64,000 nt of DNA, from assembly GCA_036339735.1 (NCBI GenBank), contig JAYZAL010000005.1:32001-96000 (forward strand). Direction: 5' to 3'. Below are positions 1-8,948 of this stretch, piece by piece (within the stretch, counting starts at the first letter, position 1; every line of letters starts with the position of its first letter). The notes under the pieces were generated by a model, which saw only the letters and a list, made by a program, of their open reading frames with translations, made no database searches and was not told where the DNA came from. The DNA is from Candidatus Poribacteria bacterium. Lineage in GTDB: Bacteria; Poribacteria; WGA-4E; UBA9662. The position numbers and the translations under genes are program-made.

Positions 1-2
1 AA

Positions 3-755
3 AAATTAAAAGCTATCCGGTTCTACGAAAAAGCAATTCAACTCGACCCACAAAACCCAGAAGGTTATTATAAACGGGGATTATTCATGTCTAACTACAC
101 TTTTGGGGCAGCCAAAGTTTTATTATATGCTCCTGAAGATGTGATGGCAGATTTGACAAAATCGATTCAACTTGATCCAAATTCGATTGGTGCTCACCGA
201 GCAATGGGTATTGTCTATGACCGAATGTATGATGTACCCAATGCCATCAAGTCTTTCAAAAGGGTAATTCAGTTAAACCCTCAAGATAGTTACGCCCAAA
301 TTTATTTGGCTGAAAAATATGCGAATTCGGGACAAATACAGTTGGCAGTTAGCGCCTTGGAGCAAGCAATTAAAGGTAGTCCGAGCGATGTTGAAGCATT
401 GAAAGATTACGCTTTCTTATCTTTGAAGTTTAATCAAGAATTGTTATGGAAGAAGGCTAAGAAGGCCCTGGAAACAGCTAACAAAATTCGTCCTGACGAT
501 GCAGAAATTCTAATGAACTACGGATACACACTTTATCTAAGTGGTGAAATAGAGAAATCAGTTGAACAATATAAAAAATCGATTCAGCAAAAACCTGATT
601 GGGATATAACATACTATAATCTAGCTTTAGCCTATGAACGTCTTAGGAAATATGATCTAGCAAAACAATCTTATCAAAAAGTATCTGAAATTAATCCAAA
701 TGGTCCTTTGAACAATAAATCTATCAATCGACTGATCTTACTAGAGGGAAAGTAA
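3..755 (+). CDS. TPR repeat protein (5'-truncated by window edge)
   Basis: Frame stays open upstream of the listed ATG at 87 (KLKAIRFYEKAIQLDPQNPEGYYKRG). Repeated TPR-type motifs such as AIKSFKRVIQLNP and YYNLALAYE. Confidence 0.9.
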   Translation, partial: KLKAIRFYEKAIQLDPQNPEGYYKRGLFMSNYTFGAAKVLLYAPEDVMADLTKSIQLDPNSIGAHRAMGIVYDRMYDVPNAIKSFKRVIQLNPQDSYAQIYLAEKYANSGQIQLAVSALEQAIKGSPSDVEALKDYAFLSLKFNQELLWKKAKKALETANKIRPDDAEILMNYGYTLYLSGEIEKSVEQYKKSIQQKPDWDITYYNLALAYERLRKYDLAKQSYQKVSEINPNGPLNNKSINRLILLEGK

Positions 756-759
756 AAAA

Positions 760-1407
760 TTGATAAATTTGGCTAAGCCTATCGGCCGCTTACATGTTAT
801 TACTGACACGACTATCCAAAACCGATTTAGTCATACGCAATTAGCAGAATTGGCAATTTCTGGGGGGGCCGATACAATCCAATTTCGGCAAAAAAATACA
901 TCAACGCGCCAGCTTATTGAAACTGCCAAGCAGCTAAGATCTATCTGCCGCTCGGAAGATGTTCCTCTTCTCATAAATGACCGCGCTGATATTGCCATTT
1001 CGGTTTCTGCTGATGGCGCTCATTTTGGTCAAGACGATCTACCCATCCACTTTGCTCGAAAAATCTTGCCAAACCAGTCAATCATTGGTGCTTCTGCGAG
1101 GAGTGAGGATAAAATTTTACAAGCTGTTTCCGAAGGGGCAGATTACATTGGGTTCGGCCCTATTTTCGCTACTTATAGCAAATCCGATGCAGAACTTCCA
1201 AAAGGATTAAAAAGTCTGGAACGAGTGACAAAACTAGTTGACTGTCCCATCATTGCAATTGGTGGTATTACTCTAAGTCGAATCTCAGAAGTTCTGATGG
1301 CAGGAGCTTATGGTGTGGCGGTTATTTCTGCAGTCTGTCAATCGAGCGCCCCTAAGCAAGCTACGATTGAACTAATGGCCGAAATCGAAAAAGGGATAGG
1401 GAAGTGA
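760..1407 (+). CDS. thiE: Thiamine-phosphate synthase
   Basis: QFRQK, INDRADIA, GAHFGQDD, DYIGFGPIF.T.SK, AIGGI and GVAVISA motifs; TTG start. Confidence 0.93.
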   Translation: MINLAKPIGRLHVITDTTIQNRFSHTQLAELAISGGADTIQFRQKNTSTRQLIETAKQLRSICRSEDVPLLINDRADIAISVSADGAHFGQDDLPIHFARKILPNQSIIGASARSEDKILQAVSEGADYIGFGPIFATYSKSDAELPKGLKSLERVTKLVDCPIIAIGGITLSRISEVLMAGAYGVAVISAVCQSSAPKQATIELMAEIEKGIGK

Positions 1408-1997
1408 CATTTTACCCAAACCAACCGATTCCCTTTGATATTAATCTCCATCGTTATTGTCGTGACCGAAAATTCCCCCCCTATCGCCATATTCCAGGTT
1501 TTACACCACACCCAGTCAAGCACCCTAGAGGACACAGTTATAAAAAAGAACATAAAAGATCATCTAATACCACCACCTTAGTATTGCCTCCCGAAAAGTG
1601 GCAATACAATCAACAATATTTGTATGGAGTCGATCTTTTCAACTTTTCTTACTGGTGGGAGGCTCATGAAGTTTGGGAGGAAGATTGGTATCAGTCTAAG
1701 GGGAACCAAAAGAAATTTCTACAAGGTTTGATTCAAATCTGTGCAGCAATGATAAAACAACATGTTTATCAATGGCGAGGCGTAAAAAAATTGTCTAAGC
1801 GCGGGTGTGCTAAACTATCTGAGGTTGAATCGAATCATCCTGTCTATATGGGAATTAGTTTGGCCTGCTTACTGCACAGGCTTGATTTGTTCTTCAGAAA
1901 TATCATTGATCATGGAGAATCTAATAAACCAATCGATTCATCTCTGCTCACTTCGCCACCTTTAATTCAATTAGTTTTCCCTACGAATGTCAAATAA
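1404..1997 (+). CDS. DUF309 domain protein
   Basis: GVDLFN..YWWEAHEVWEE.W and FLQGLIQ..AA motifs, preceded by PPYRHIPG.TPHP. Confidence 0.8.
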   Translation: MTFYPNQPIPFDINLHRYCRDRKFPPYRHIPGFTPHPVKHPRGHSYKKEHKRSSNTTTLVLPPEKWQYNQQYLYGVDLFNFSYWWEAHEVWEEDWYQSKGNQKKFLQGLIQICAAMIKQHVYQWRGVKKLSKRGCAKLSEVESNHPVYMGISLACLLHRLDLFFRNIIDHGESNKPIDSSLLTSPPLIQLVFPTNVK

Positions 1998-3906
1998 CCA
2001 TACGACACAAATCATTACTAAGAGAGCCGTTCTAGTTGGACTATTTTTGGTCATTGTTAATGCTTACTGGGTTGGCATTGCTAGTGAACTTTGGTATGCG
2101 GTTTACACACTGGTGTCACCTTTCTCTAATGCAGTATTCACATTGGCTTTACTCCTTCTTATCAATGCAGGATTGAGCCGATATGCAGAAAATCTGGCAT
2201 TCACAGCAGGCGAGTTACTCTTAATATATACAATGGTAACGATGGTTTCTACGATTTCTGGCCATGCCATGATGGCAATTTTGATGGGAGGATTAGCTCA
2301 TCCTTTTTGGTTTGCCTCACCAGAGAATGAGTGGTCTGAACTATTTCTACATCATATTCCATCTTGGATGACGGTTAGCCAAACGGAGGCTCTGCGCGGC
2401 TACTATGAAGGTGGAACCAGTGTTTTCAGATCGGAATCGTTTAAGGCCTGGTTATTACCAGTTTCTCTATGGTCAGGTTTCATTCTGGTTTTATATTGTT
2501 CTTTACTATGTATTGGATTGATATTACGTAAACACTGGATGGAACGAGAAAAATTGAGTTTTCCACTAACCCAACTACCACTACAGATGACAACCAACAG
2601 AAATTTTTTCAAACTGAAAACACTCTGGATTGGTTTTTCTATTTCTGCAATCATTAGAGTAACAAATGGGCTTCACGACATTTTTCCTGCTTTACCAAGT
2701 TTTCCTAGTAATTTCGTGCTCGATCGCTTCTTTACCGAAAAGCCATGGAATGCCATTGGTTATAGCTCTATGTCCTTTAATTTAGCAATCGTAGGGTTAA
2801 CGTACTTTATGCCTCTGGATTTAGCTTTTTCAACTTGGTTTTTCTTCTGGTTGACTAGAGCCGAACGAATTACTGCTAGTCTCGTTGGTATTAACATTTC
2901 CGACTTACATCTTAACGACCGAGCTACAGGAGGTTGGATTGGGATTGCAGTTATTACTTTGTGGGGGGCAAGACGTCATCTATCCGATATTTTTCGAAAC
3001 CTTGTTGGCCAGTTAGATGCTAATGAATCGGATGAACCAATATCTTTTCCAACTTTAATTACAATGACATTAATTTGTATTATTCTAGTTTTTGCTTTTT
3101 GCTATTTAGCAGGTATGTCAATTTGGACCATCTCGGTTTTTTATCTTATTTTTATAGCTTTTGCGCTGGCTATTGGTAGAGTACGAGCTGAATTGGGACC
3201 ACCCTATCATGAGGTCATTGGGATTAATCCTAGACAAATGATGGTCGATATTTTTGGTACTCGCCGGCTTGGAGGAAACAATCTAACCATCATCAGTTTC
3301 TTGTACGCATTCAACCGTTGTAACCGCTCACACCCGATGCCCAATCAAATCGAAAGTTTACGTGTCGGCGATCGTGCTAGAATACCTGCACTGCCACTCA
3401 TTATAGCATTGGTACTCGCAATTGGATTTGGCGCTTTTGCCACCTTTTGGTCTTACTTAGAATTTATGTACCGTTATGGTCTAGATCGATGTCATGGAGC
3501 TATTGGCCATTTCGGTCGAGAAACGTTCAACCCTCTCCAGAACTGGTTACAACACCCCCGTGAGACCGAGGTTCGCGGGATTTCTTTCATGTTCGGTGGT
3601 TTGGGGTTCGTCTTTCTTCTACAGTTCTTGCGAAGCCATTTCATCTGGTGGCCGCTTCATGCTTCCGGTTACGTCTTGTCCGGGGCCAACTGGGGTGGGC
3701 TGATCTACTTTTGGTTTCCTGTGATGGTTAGTTGGCTAATTAAGTCTTTGATTCTGAAGTTTTCAGGCTGGCAGACGCACAAAAGATTAGAACCACTTTT
3801 CTTGGGGTTAGTCTTGGGAGACTATGTGCCCAGAAGCATCTTGAGCATATTAAGTTTTGTTCTAAATCTCTATATGCCTTCGTCTGGAGCAGGTCATACT
3901 TTATAA
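1987..3906 (+). CDS. Large polytopic membrane protein, probable transporter (DUF6785/DUF6784-like)
   Basis: 639 aa with many hydrophobic helices. W.EREKLSFPL, R.RAELGPP, WWPLH..GY and FLGL.LGD motifs recalled from this uncharacterised family. Confidence 0.65.
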   Translation: MSNNHTTQIITKRAVLVGLFLVIVNAYWVGIASELWYAVYTLVSPFSNAVFTLALLLLINAGLSRYAENLAFTAGELLLIYTMVTMVSTISGHAMMAILMGGLAHPFWFASPENEWSELFLHHIPSWMTVSQTEALRGYYEGGTSVFRSESFKAWLLPVSLWSGFILVLYCSLLCIGLILRKHWMEREKLSFPLTQLPLQMTTNRNFFKLKTLWIGFSISAIIRVTNGLHDIFPALPSFPSNFVLDRFFTEKPWNAIGYSSMSFNLAIVGLTYFMPLDLAFSTWFFFWLTRAERITASLVGINISDLHLNDRATGGWIGIAVITLWGARRHLSDIFRNLVGQLDANESDEPISFPTLITMTLICIILVFAFCYLAGMSIWTISVFYLIFIAFALAIGRVRAELGPPYHEVIGINPRQMMVDIFGTRRLGGNNLTIISFLYAFNRCNRSHPMPNQIESLRVGDRARIPALPLIIALVLAIGFGAFATFWSYLEFMYRYGLDRCHGAIGHFGRETFNPLQNWLQHPRETEVRGISFMFGGLGFVFLLQFLRSHFIWWPLHASGYVLSGANWGGLIYFWFPVMVSWLIKSLILKFSGWQTHKRLEPLFLGLVLGDYVPRSILSILSFVLNLYMPSSGAGHTL

Positions 3907-3913
3907 TCGACAT

Positions 3914-4087
3914 TCACGACCGGCGAATAAAATTTACCAAACCCTTAATGGGTCTGAGTAAACCAATAAATAGCGCAGACAAAATCCCCAAGATAACTAA
4001 CAGCTGTAGTGACTCTGGACCAAGTGCAAATAGACCAATGTAAGCTATGAGGGATATGAAACCAATCAGGCCTATCTTCTTGAACAT
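3914..4087 (-). CDS. Small 57-aa membrane protein (not in ORF track)
   Basis: ATG directly follows the sdhB TAA. Translation MFKKIGLIGFISLIAYIGLFALGPESLQLLVILGILSALFIGLLRPIKGLVNFIRRS has two hydrophobic helices and fills the gap almost exactly. Confidence 0.7.
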   Translation of the reverse strand: MFKKIGLIGFISLIAYIGLFALGPESLQLLVILGILSALFIGLLRPIKGLVNFIRRS

Positions 4088-4828
4088 TTAACCAATGATA
4101 GCTTTCATATACTCTCGTCGCATTCGGCCTATATTGGAAATAGAAATTTCTTTCGGGCAAACGGCTTCGCACTCACCATGATTTGAGCAGTCCCCGAAGC
4201 CTTCTGCATCCATTTGCTCAACCATTCGTAGAACGCGTGTTTTGCTTTCAGGTTTTCCTTGCGGCAAGATTGCTAATTGAGCAACTTTTGCACCAACAAA
4301 CAAGGACGCAGATGCATTTGGACATGAAGCAACACAGGCTCCACAACCAATACAAGCTGCGGCATCCATAGCTTCGTCTGCGACTTCTTTAGCAATCGGC
4401 AAAGCATTTCCATCAGGTGCATTTCCAACATTGACAGATACATATCCACCACTAGCGACAATTCGGTCAAAGGCAGATCTATCAACGACGAGGTCTTTGA
4501 CTACCGGAAATGCATTGGCTCGCCAGGGTTCAATAGTAATTGAATCTCCATCACTAAATGAGCGCATGTGAAGTTGACAGGTAGCCGTGCCTGTTTTAGG
4601 CCCATGGGCAACACCATTAATGACTAAACTGCACATGCCACAGATTCCTTCCCGACAGTCATTATCAAACTCTATTGGTTCATCTCCCCGACGAATTAAA
4701 TCTTGGTTTAATTCATCTAGCATTTCCAAAAAAGACATGTCCGGTGAAACACCTTCTACCGCATAATCGACCATATTCCCAGAGACTAAGTGATTATTTT
4801 GTCTCCAAATTTTCAGATTTAGTTTCAT
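4088..4828 (-). CDS. sdhB: Succinate dehydrogenase/fumarate reductase Fe-S subunit
   Basis: [21 protein letters not shown] and [12 protein letters not shown] cysteine clusters. Confidence 0.96.
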   Translation of the reverse strand: MKLNLKIWRQNNHLVSGNMVDYAVEGVSPDMSFLEMLDELNQDLIRRGDEPIEFDNDCREGICGMCSLVINGVAHGPKTGTATCQLHMRSFSDGDSITIEPWRANAFPVVKDLVVDRSAFDRIVASGGYVSVNVGNAPDGNALPIAKEVADEAMDAAACIGCGACVASCPNASASLFVGAKVAQLAILPQGKPESKTRVLRMVEQMDAEGFGDCSNHGECEAVCPKEISISNIGRMRREYMKAIIG

Positions 4829-4841
4829 AATTTACCCATTA

Positions 4842-6761
4842 TTATTTATAGCTTCTTTGGGTCAACTCAACATTTTCGAAAACTAGTGGTTCTTTATGTA
4901 GTCTCCAATTGATGTCTCCCTGCACCTCGATCCTTTCCCAGGCTGAAGTGTAGCTGTAATTCTCATCATCTCGGAGAGCTTCACCTTCAGGGGTTTGACT
5001 CTCTTCACGAAAATGACCACCACAGGATTCGGCACGATCTCTTGCGTCGATAGCCATTAATTCTGCTAGTTCTAAGTAATCGGCAATCCTACCAGCAAAC
5101 TCTAAATTCTTGTTCATGGTATCCTGGTTTCCTACTACATTGACATTCTGCCAGAACTCATCTCGAATTTGAGAAATGTCTTTCTTGGCAAGAAGCAATC
5201 CCTCTGCATTACGAGACATCCCAACATAATCCCATAGAATTTGACCGATTTGGCGGTGGAATTCTTGTGGTGTTTTTTCGCCTTTTACTGACAGTAATCG
5301 GGTGAGTTTACCCTTAGCCTCTGATTCAACTTGACGAAAAGCAGGGTCCTCTACTGTGACAGAAGGTATTTCCGTACCTGCCAAGTAATGGCCTAGAGTA
5401 TATGGAATAACAAAGTAACCGTCAGCTAACCCTTGCATTAATGCACTAGCCCCAAGTCTATTTGCTCCATGATCAGAGAAGTTAGCTTCGCCCAATACAT
5501 GTAATCCTGGAATGTTACTCATCAAATTATAGTCCACCCACAAACCACCCATCGTGTAGTGTACTGCAGGGAAAATCCGCATAGGCGATTGATAAGGGTT
5601 TTCATCAGTGATACTTTGGTACATGTCAAACAAATTTCCGTACTTATCCCGGATTGTTTGCTCTCCCATACGTTCAATAGCATCAGCAAAATCAAGGTAA
5701 ACAGACAAACCTGTTGAACCAACACCTCGGCCATCGTCACAAACTTCTTTTGCATTGCGTGAAGCTACGTCACGAGGCACCAGATTACCAAAGGATGGAT
5801 ATTTCCGTTCTAAGTAATAATCACGCTCATCTTCGGGAATCTGATCAGGTGGCCTCAAGTCACCAGCTTGTTTAGGAACCCAGACCCGACCGTCGTTTCG
5901 TAGGCTTTCACTCATAAGTGTTAGCTTCGACTGGTGATTGCCTGACACAGGGATACATGTTGGGTGAATTTGTGTATAGCAAGGGTTAGCGAAGTAGGCT
6001 CCTCGTTGGTGACATCTCCAAGCAGCGGTTACATTGGAGTTAATAGCATTAGTCGACAGATAGAAAGCATTACCATAACCACCTGTACAAAGTAGAACTG
6101 CATCACCGGCGTAGCTTTCAATTTCTCCAGTAACTAGGTTTCGAACAACAATACCTCGAGCTTTGTCATCAACTAGTACTAGGTCTAGCATTTCTCTACG
6201 AGTGAACAAATCAATCGCACCAAGGTCAACTTGTCGCATCATTGAACTGTAAGCCCCCAATAAGAGCTGTTGTCCAGTCTGTCCACGAGCGTAAAAGGTC
6301 CGAGATACTTGGGCACCACCAAATGAACGATTGGCCAATGTGCCACCATACTCGCGAGCAAATGGAACCCCTTGTGCAACGCACTGATCGATAATATTAG
6401 AACTGATTTCAGCCAAACGATGAACGTTTGCCTCTCGAGACCTATAATCACCGCCCTTTATGGTGTCGTAAAAAAGTCTCCAGACACTATCACCATCATT
6501 TGGGTAGTTCTTTGTGGCGTTGATACCACCTTGAGCAGCAATACTGTGAGCACGACGAGGTGTGTCTTGGATACAGAATGATTTGACGTGATAACCAAGT
6601 TCTGCCAGTGTCGCCGCCGCAGAAGCCCCAGCCAAACCTGTACCCACTATTAAGATAGTGAATTTTCTTTTGTTGGCAGGATTGACTAACTTCATGTCGA
6701 ATTTGTAGCGTTCCCATTTGGAACCTAAGTCGCCTGCGGGTACTTTTGAATCTAGTCTCAT
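4842..6761 (-). CDS. sdhA: Succinate dehydrogenase/fumarate reductase flavoprotein
   Basis: [19 protein letters not shown] (covalent FAD His), QIHPT, HYTMGG, HGANRLG. Confidence 0.97.
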   Translation of the reverse strand: MRLDSKVPAGDLGSKWERYKFDMKLVNPANKRKFTILIVGTGLAGASAAATLAELGYHVKSFCIQDTPRRAHSIAAQGGINATKNYPNDGDSVWRLFYDTIKGGDYRSREANVHRLAEISSNIIDQCVAQGVPFAREYGGTLANRSFGGAQVSRTFYARGQTGQQLLLGAYSSMMRQVDLGAIDLFTRREMLDLVLVDDKARGIVVRNLVTGEIESYAGDAVLLCTGGYGNAFYLSTNAINSNVTAAWRCHQRGAYFANPCYTQIHPTCIPVSGNHQSKLTLMSESLRNDGRVWVPKQAGDLRPPDQIPEDERDYYLERKYPSFGNLVPRDVASRNAKEVCDDGRGVGSTGLSVYLDFADAIERMGEQTIRDKYGNLFDMYQSITDENPYQSPMRIFPAVHYTMGGLWVDYNLMSNIPGLHVLGEANFSDHGANRLGASALMQGLADGYFVIPYTLGHYLAGTEIPSVTVEDPAFRQVESEAKGKLTRLLSVKGEKTPQEFHRQIGQILWDYVGMSRNAEGLLLAKKDISQIRDEFWQNVNVVGNQDTMNKNLEFAGRIADYLELAELMAIDARDRAESCGGHFREESQTPEGEALRDDENYSYTSAWERIEVQGDINWRLHKEPLVFENVELTQRSYK

Positions 6762-6838
6762 TTCGTATCCTCTTCTCCTATCTTATTTCTCAACAGCAAT
6801 GTTATAATCATTATTCCCATCAGTAAAGATAAGACTTT

Positions 6839-7537
6839 TTATTTCAGCGATTTAGCAAATACGATAAGAGGGACAGCTAAAAAGCCAAACGACATGAGCA
6901 GGGAAAACAATAATCCTGCTTGATGGATAGCTATTTCAAATTTTGGAAATCGAATACCGAGAGATTGGAAAGCACTCCAAAAACCGTGTCGTAAGTGCAA
7001 GCCCAACATTAGCATGGTCACCGTGTATAGAGCCACCATGTGGAACTTACCAAACTCTTCAATCACGAACTTGTATAAGTCTCTGACGGTCTCACCATGT
7101 AAAACGGTTTGATAACCCTCTTCCATCCCGGGACCAAACTTAAAATGCTTGACATGCAGTACTACAAAAACTAGTAATAGAAGTCCAGTAAAAGCCATCG
7201 ATAAAGAGGAGAGTGTCTTCTGGCTATTTCCCCCTGCATTGCCATCTTTTCGGTATGAAATGGGGCGTGATCTTATTTTGTTTAGAGCTATTGAGACACC
7301 AGTGATGATGTGGGTCAGAAAAAAGGCTATTAAGCCTAGCTCCATTAGATACAAAACTTTTCCATGTCCAACTGTGTGAAGAAAATGAGCATACTCGTTA
7401 AAAGGATCAGGATTGTCTGTCAGGAGCAGTAAGTTTCCCGTCAAGTGAACAGCCACGAACCCACAGAGGCCTAGCCCAGTTATACCCGTCAATAGTTTTT
7501 TGCCGACTGACGACCAGAGTAATTTGGCAAGTTGCAC
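6839..7537 (-). CDS. sdhC: Succinate dehydrogenase cytochrome b subunit (single 5-TM type)
   Basis: SSVGKK, heme His in VHL.GN, THI, LHV.HF and LHL.HGFWSAFQSLG; first gene of the operon. Confidence 0.93.
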   Translation of the reverse strand: MQLAKLLWSSVGKKLLTGITGLGLCGFVAVHLTGNLLLLTDNPDPFNEYAHFLHTVGHGKVLYLMELGLIAFFLTHIITGVSIALNKIRSRPISYRKDGNAGGNSQKTLSSLSMAFTGLLLLVFVVLHVKHFKFGPGMEEGYQTVLHGETVRDLYKFVIEEFGKFHMVALYTVTMLMLGLHLRHGFWSAFQSLGIRFPKFEIAIHQAGLLFSLLMSFGFLAVPLIVFAKSLK

Positions 7538-7681
7538 CGTTTATTGTTCCTTGAGGACCAGTTAGGTCTAATTACTAATTATCCAGTAAAAAATAACACA
7601 TTTATAAGGTTGATTCAAATATCATTTGTAATGAATAACAATTAACGTCCGTCTCGTCTTATCTACGAAAAAGGCCTATAA

Positions 7682-7711
7682 TTGACGATTATAGAGTATT
7701 TGTAGTAGAAT
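7682..7711 (+). promoter_or_regulatory. Putative sigma70 promoter of SDR gene
   Basis: TTGACG-N18-TAGAAT. Confidence 0.55.
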
Positions 7712-7756
7712 GAAGAAGATGATAGATTAGAATCTGTTCCGAGGCGAATCCGAGAG

Positions 7757-8503
7757 ATGGACTTAAATACAAAAGTAGCAGTTGTAACCGGTGCAGGACA
7801 AGGAATCGGTCGAGCAATCGCACAAAGGTTAGCTAAAGCCCAAGCCCAAGTTATACTGCTGGATATTCGGCTTGATGCTATTGAGTCAGTAGCTGAGGAA
7901 ATTTATTCCCATGGAGGTTCGGCAAAGCCAATCAAAATTGACGTAACTGATGGAGACAGGATTCGATACATAGTACAACAGATAATCTCTGAATTTCGGA
8001 GAATCGATATTCTCATCAACAATGCCGGCATTACTGGTCGAACTGCTCCAATGATTCAATTGAACGAACAAGACTGGGATCAAGTGATGGACTTAAATCT
8101 CAAATCCGTGTTTTTGTTTTGTAAAGCCGTACTTGGACCTATGATCGAGCAAAAATATGGTAAAATTGTTAATGTAGCATCGATTGCTGGCAAGGAAGGA
8201 AACCCAACGTTACTTCCTTATTCTGTTTCTAAATCAGGTGTGATTTGCTTGACTAAAGCGCTAGCTAAGGAAGTCACATGCCACGGAATTAATGTTAACT
8301 GTGTCTCACCAGCTGTCATACAGACACCCATCTTGGATGGGATGGCAACTTCGACCGTAGACTATATGATTGGTAAAATTCCTATGGGGCGGGTTGGTCA
8401 ACCAGAAGAGGTCGCGGCTGTAGTCCATTTTTTAGCTTCTGATGATGCTAGCTTCGTAACAGGCCAGTGCTATGATGTTAGTGGCGGACGTGCGACCTAC
8501 TAG
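7757..8503 (+). CDS. SDR family oxidoreductase (FabG-like)
   Basis: TGAGQGIG, NNAG, YSVSK catalytic motif. Confidence 0.92.
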   Translation: MDLNTKVAVVTGAGQGIGRAIAQRLAKAQAQVILLDIRLDAIESVAEEIYSHGGSAKPIKIDVTDGDRIRYIVQQIISEFRRIDILINNAGITGRTAPMIQLNEQDWDQVMDLNLKSVFLFCKAVLGPMIEQKYGKIVNVASIAGKEGNPTLLPYSVSKSGVICLTKALAKEVTCHGINVNCVSPAVIQTPILDGMATSTVDYMIGKIPMGRVGQPEEVAAVVHFLASDDASFVTGQCYDVSGGRATY

Positions 8504-8948
8504 TCAACAGTTACTTACTTCCCAAGCAGGAATGACATGGCTTCAGTTCTTAGTATTACTGTTTATAACAATTTTTTTTCTTTCAATGTCTGTTCCATTA
8601 TGGCTAGAACAACGAAGAGTCACTCAAGCTGATGTGGACGTAGAAGTCATTTCTGAAGCTATCAAGAAGTATCATCGTCATACTAACCAATACCCCAAAT
8701 TTCTTGACGATTTGGTTTCAGATTCGGGGGTAGACGGGTGGCGTTATCCTTACTTAAACGAGATTCCAAAAACACCATGGAGAGGTACATATGTCTTAAT
8801 ACCCAAAATATACAAAGTTTGTATGGCAAACGATGGGAAAAATGTTTCGGAAAAATATCTTCTTGGTGGATCTTCGGAAATCAGTCGTGTGTATTTAGAG
8901 GGGCGGCAGGCAATACAATATTGGTGGCAAACCGGGTCTGTAGACTAG
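8472..8948 (+). CDS. Prepilin/pseudopilin, GspG-like domain
   Basis: QAG/MTWLQFLVLL class III-like signal. AI..Y..HT..YP..L.DLV, GW..PYL and P.TPW...Y resemble the GspG domain. Confidence 0.7.
   Translation: MMLVADVRPTSQQLLTSQAGMTWLQFLVLLFITIFFLSMSVPLWLEQRRVTQADVDVEVISEAIKKYHRHTNQYPKFLDDLVSDSGVDGWRYPYLNEIPKTPWRGTYVLIPKIYKVCMANDGKNVSEKYLLGGSSEISRVYLEGRQAIQYWWQTGSVD

Noticed and set aside
3945-4172. 75-aa minus-strand ORF from the track
   Set aside because: Overlaps sdhB out of frame; the 57-aa ORF at 3914-4087 fits the gap and has a coherent membrane-protein pattern.
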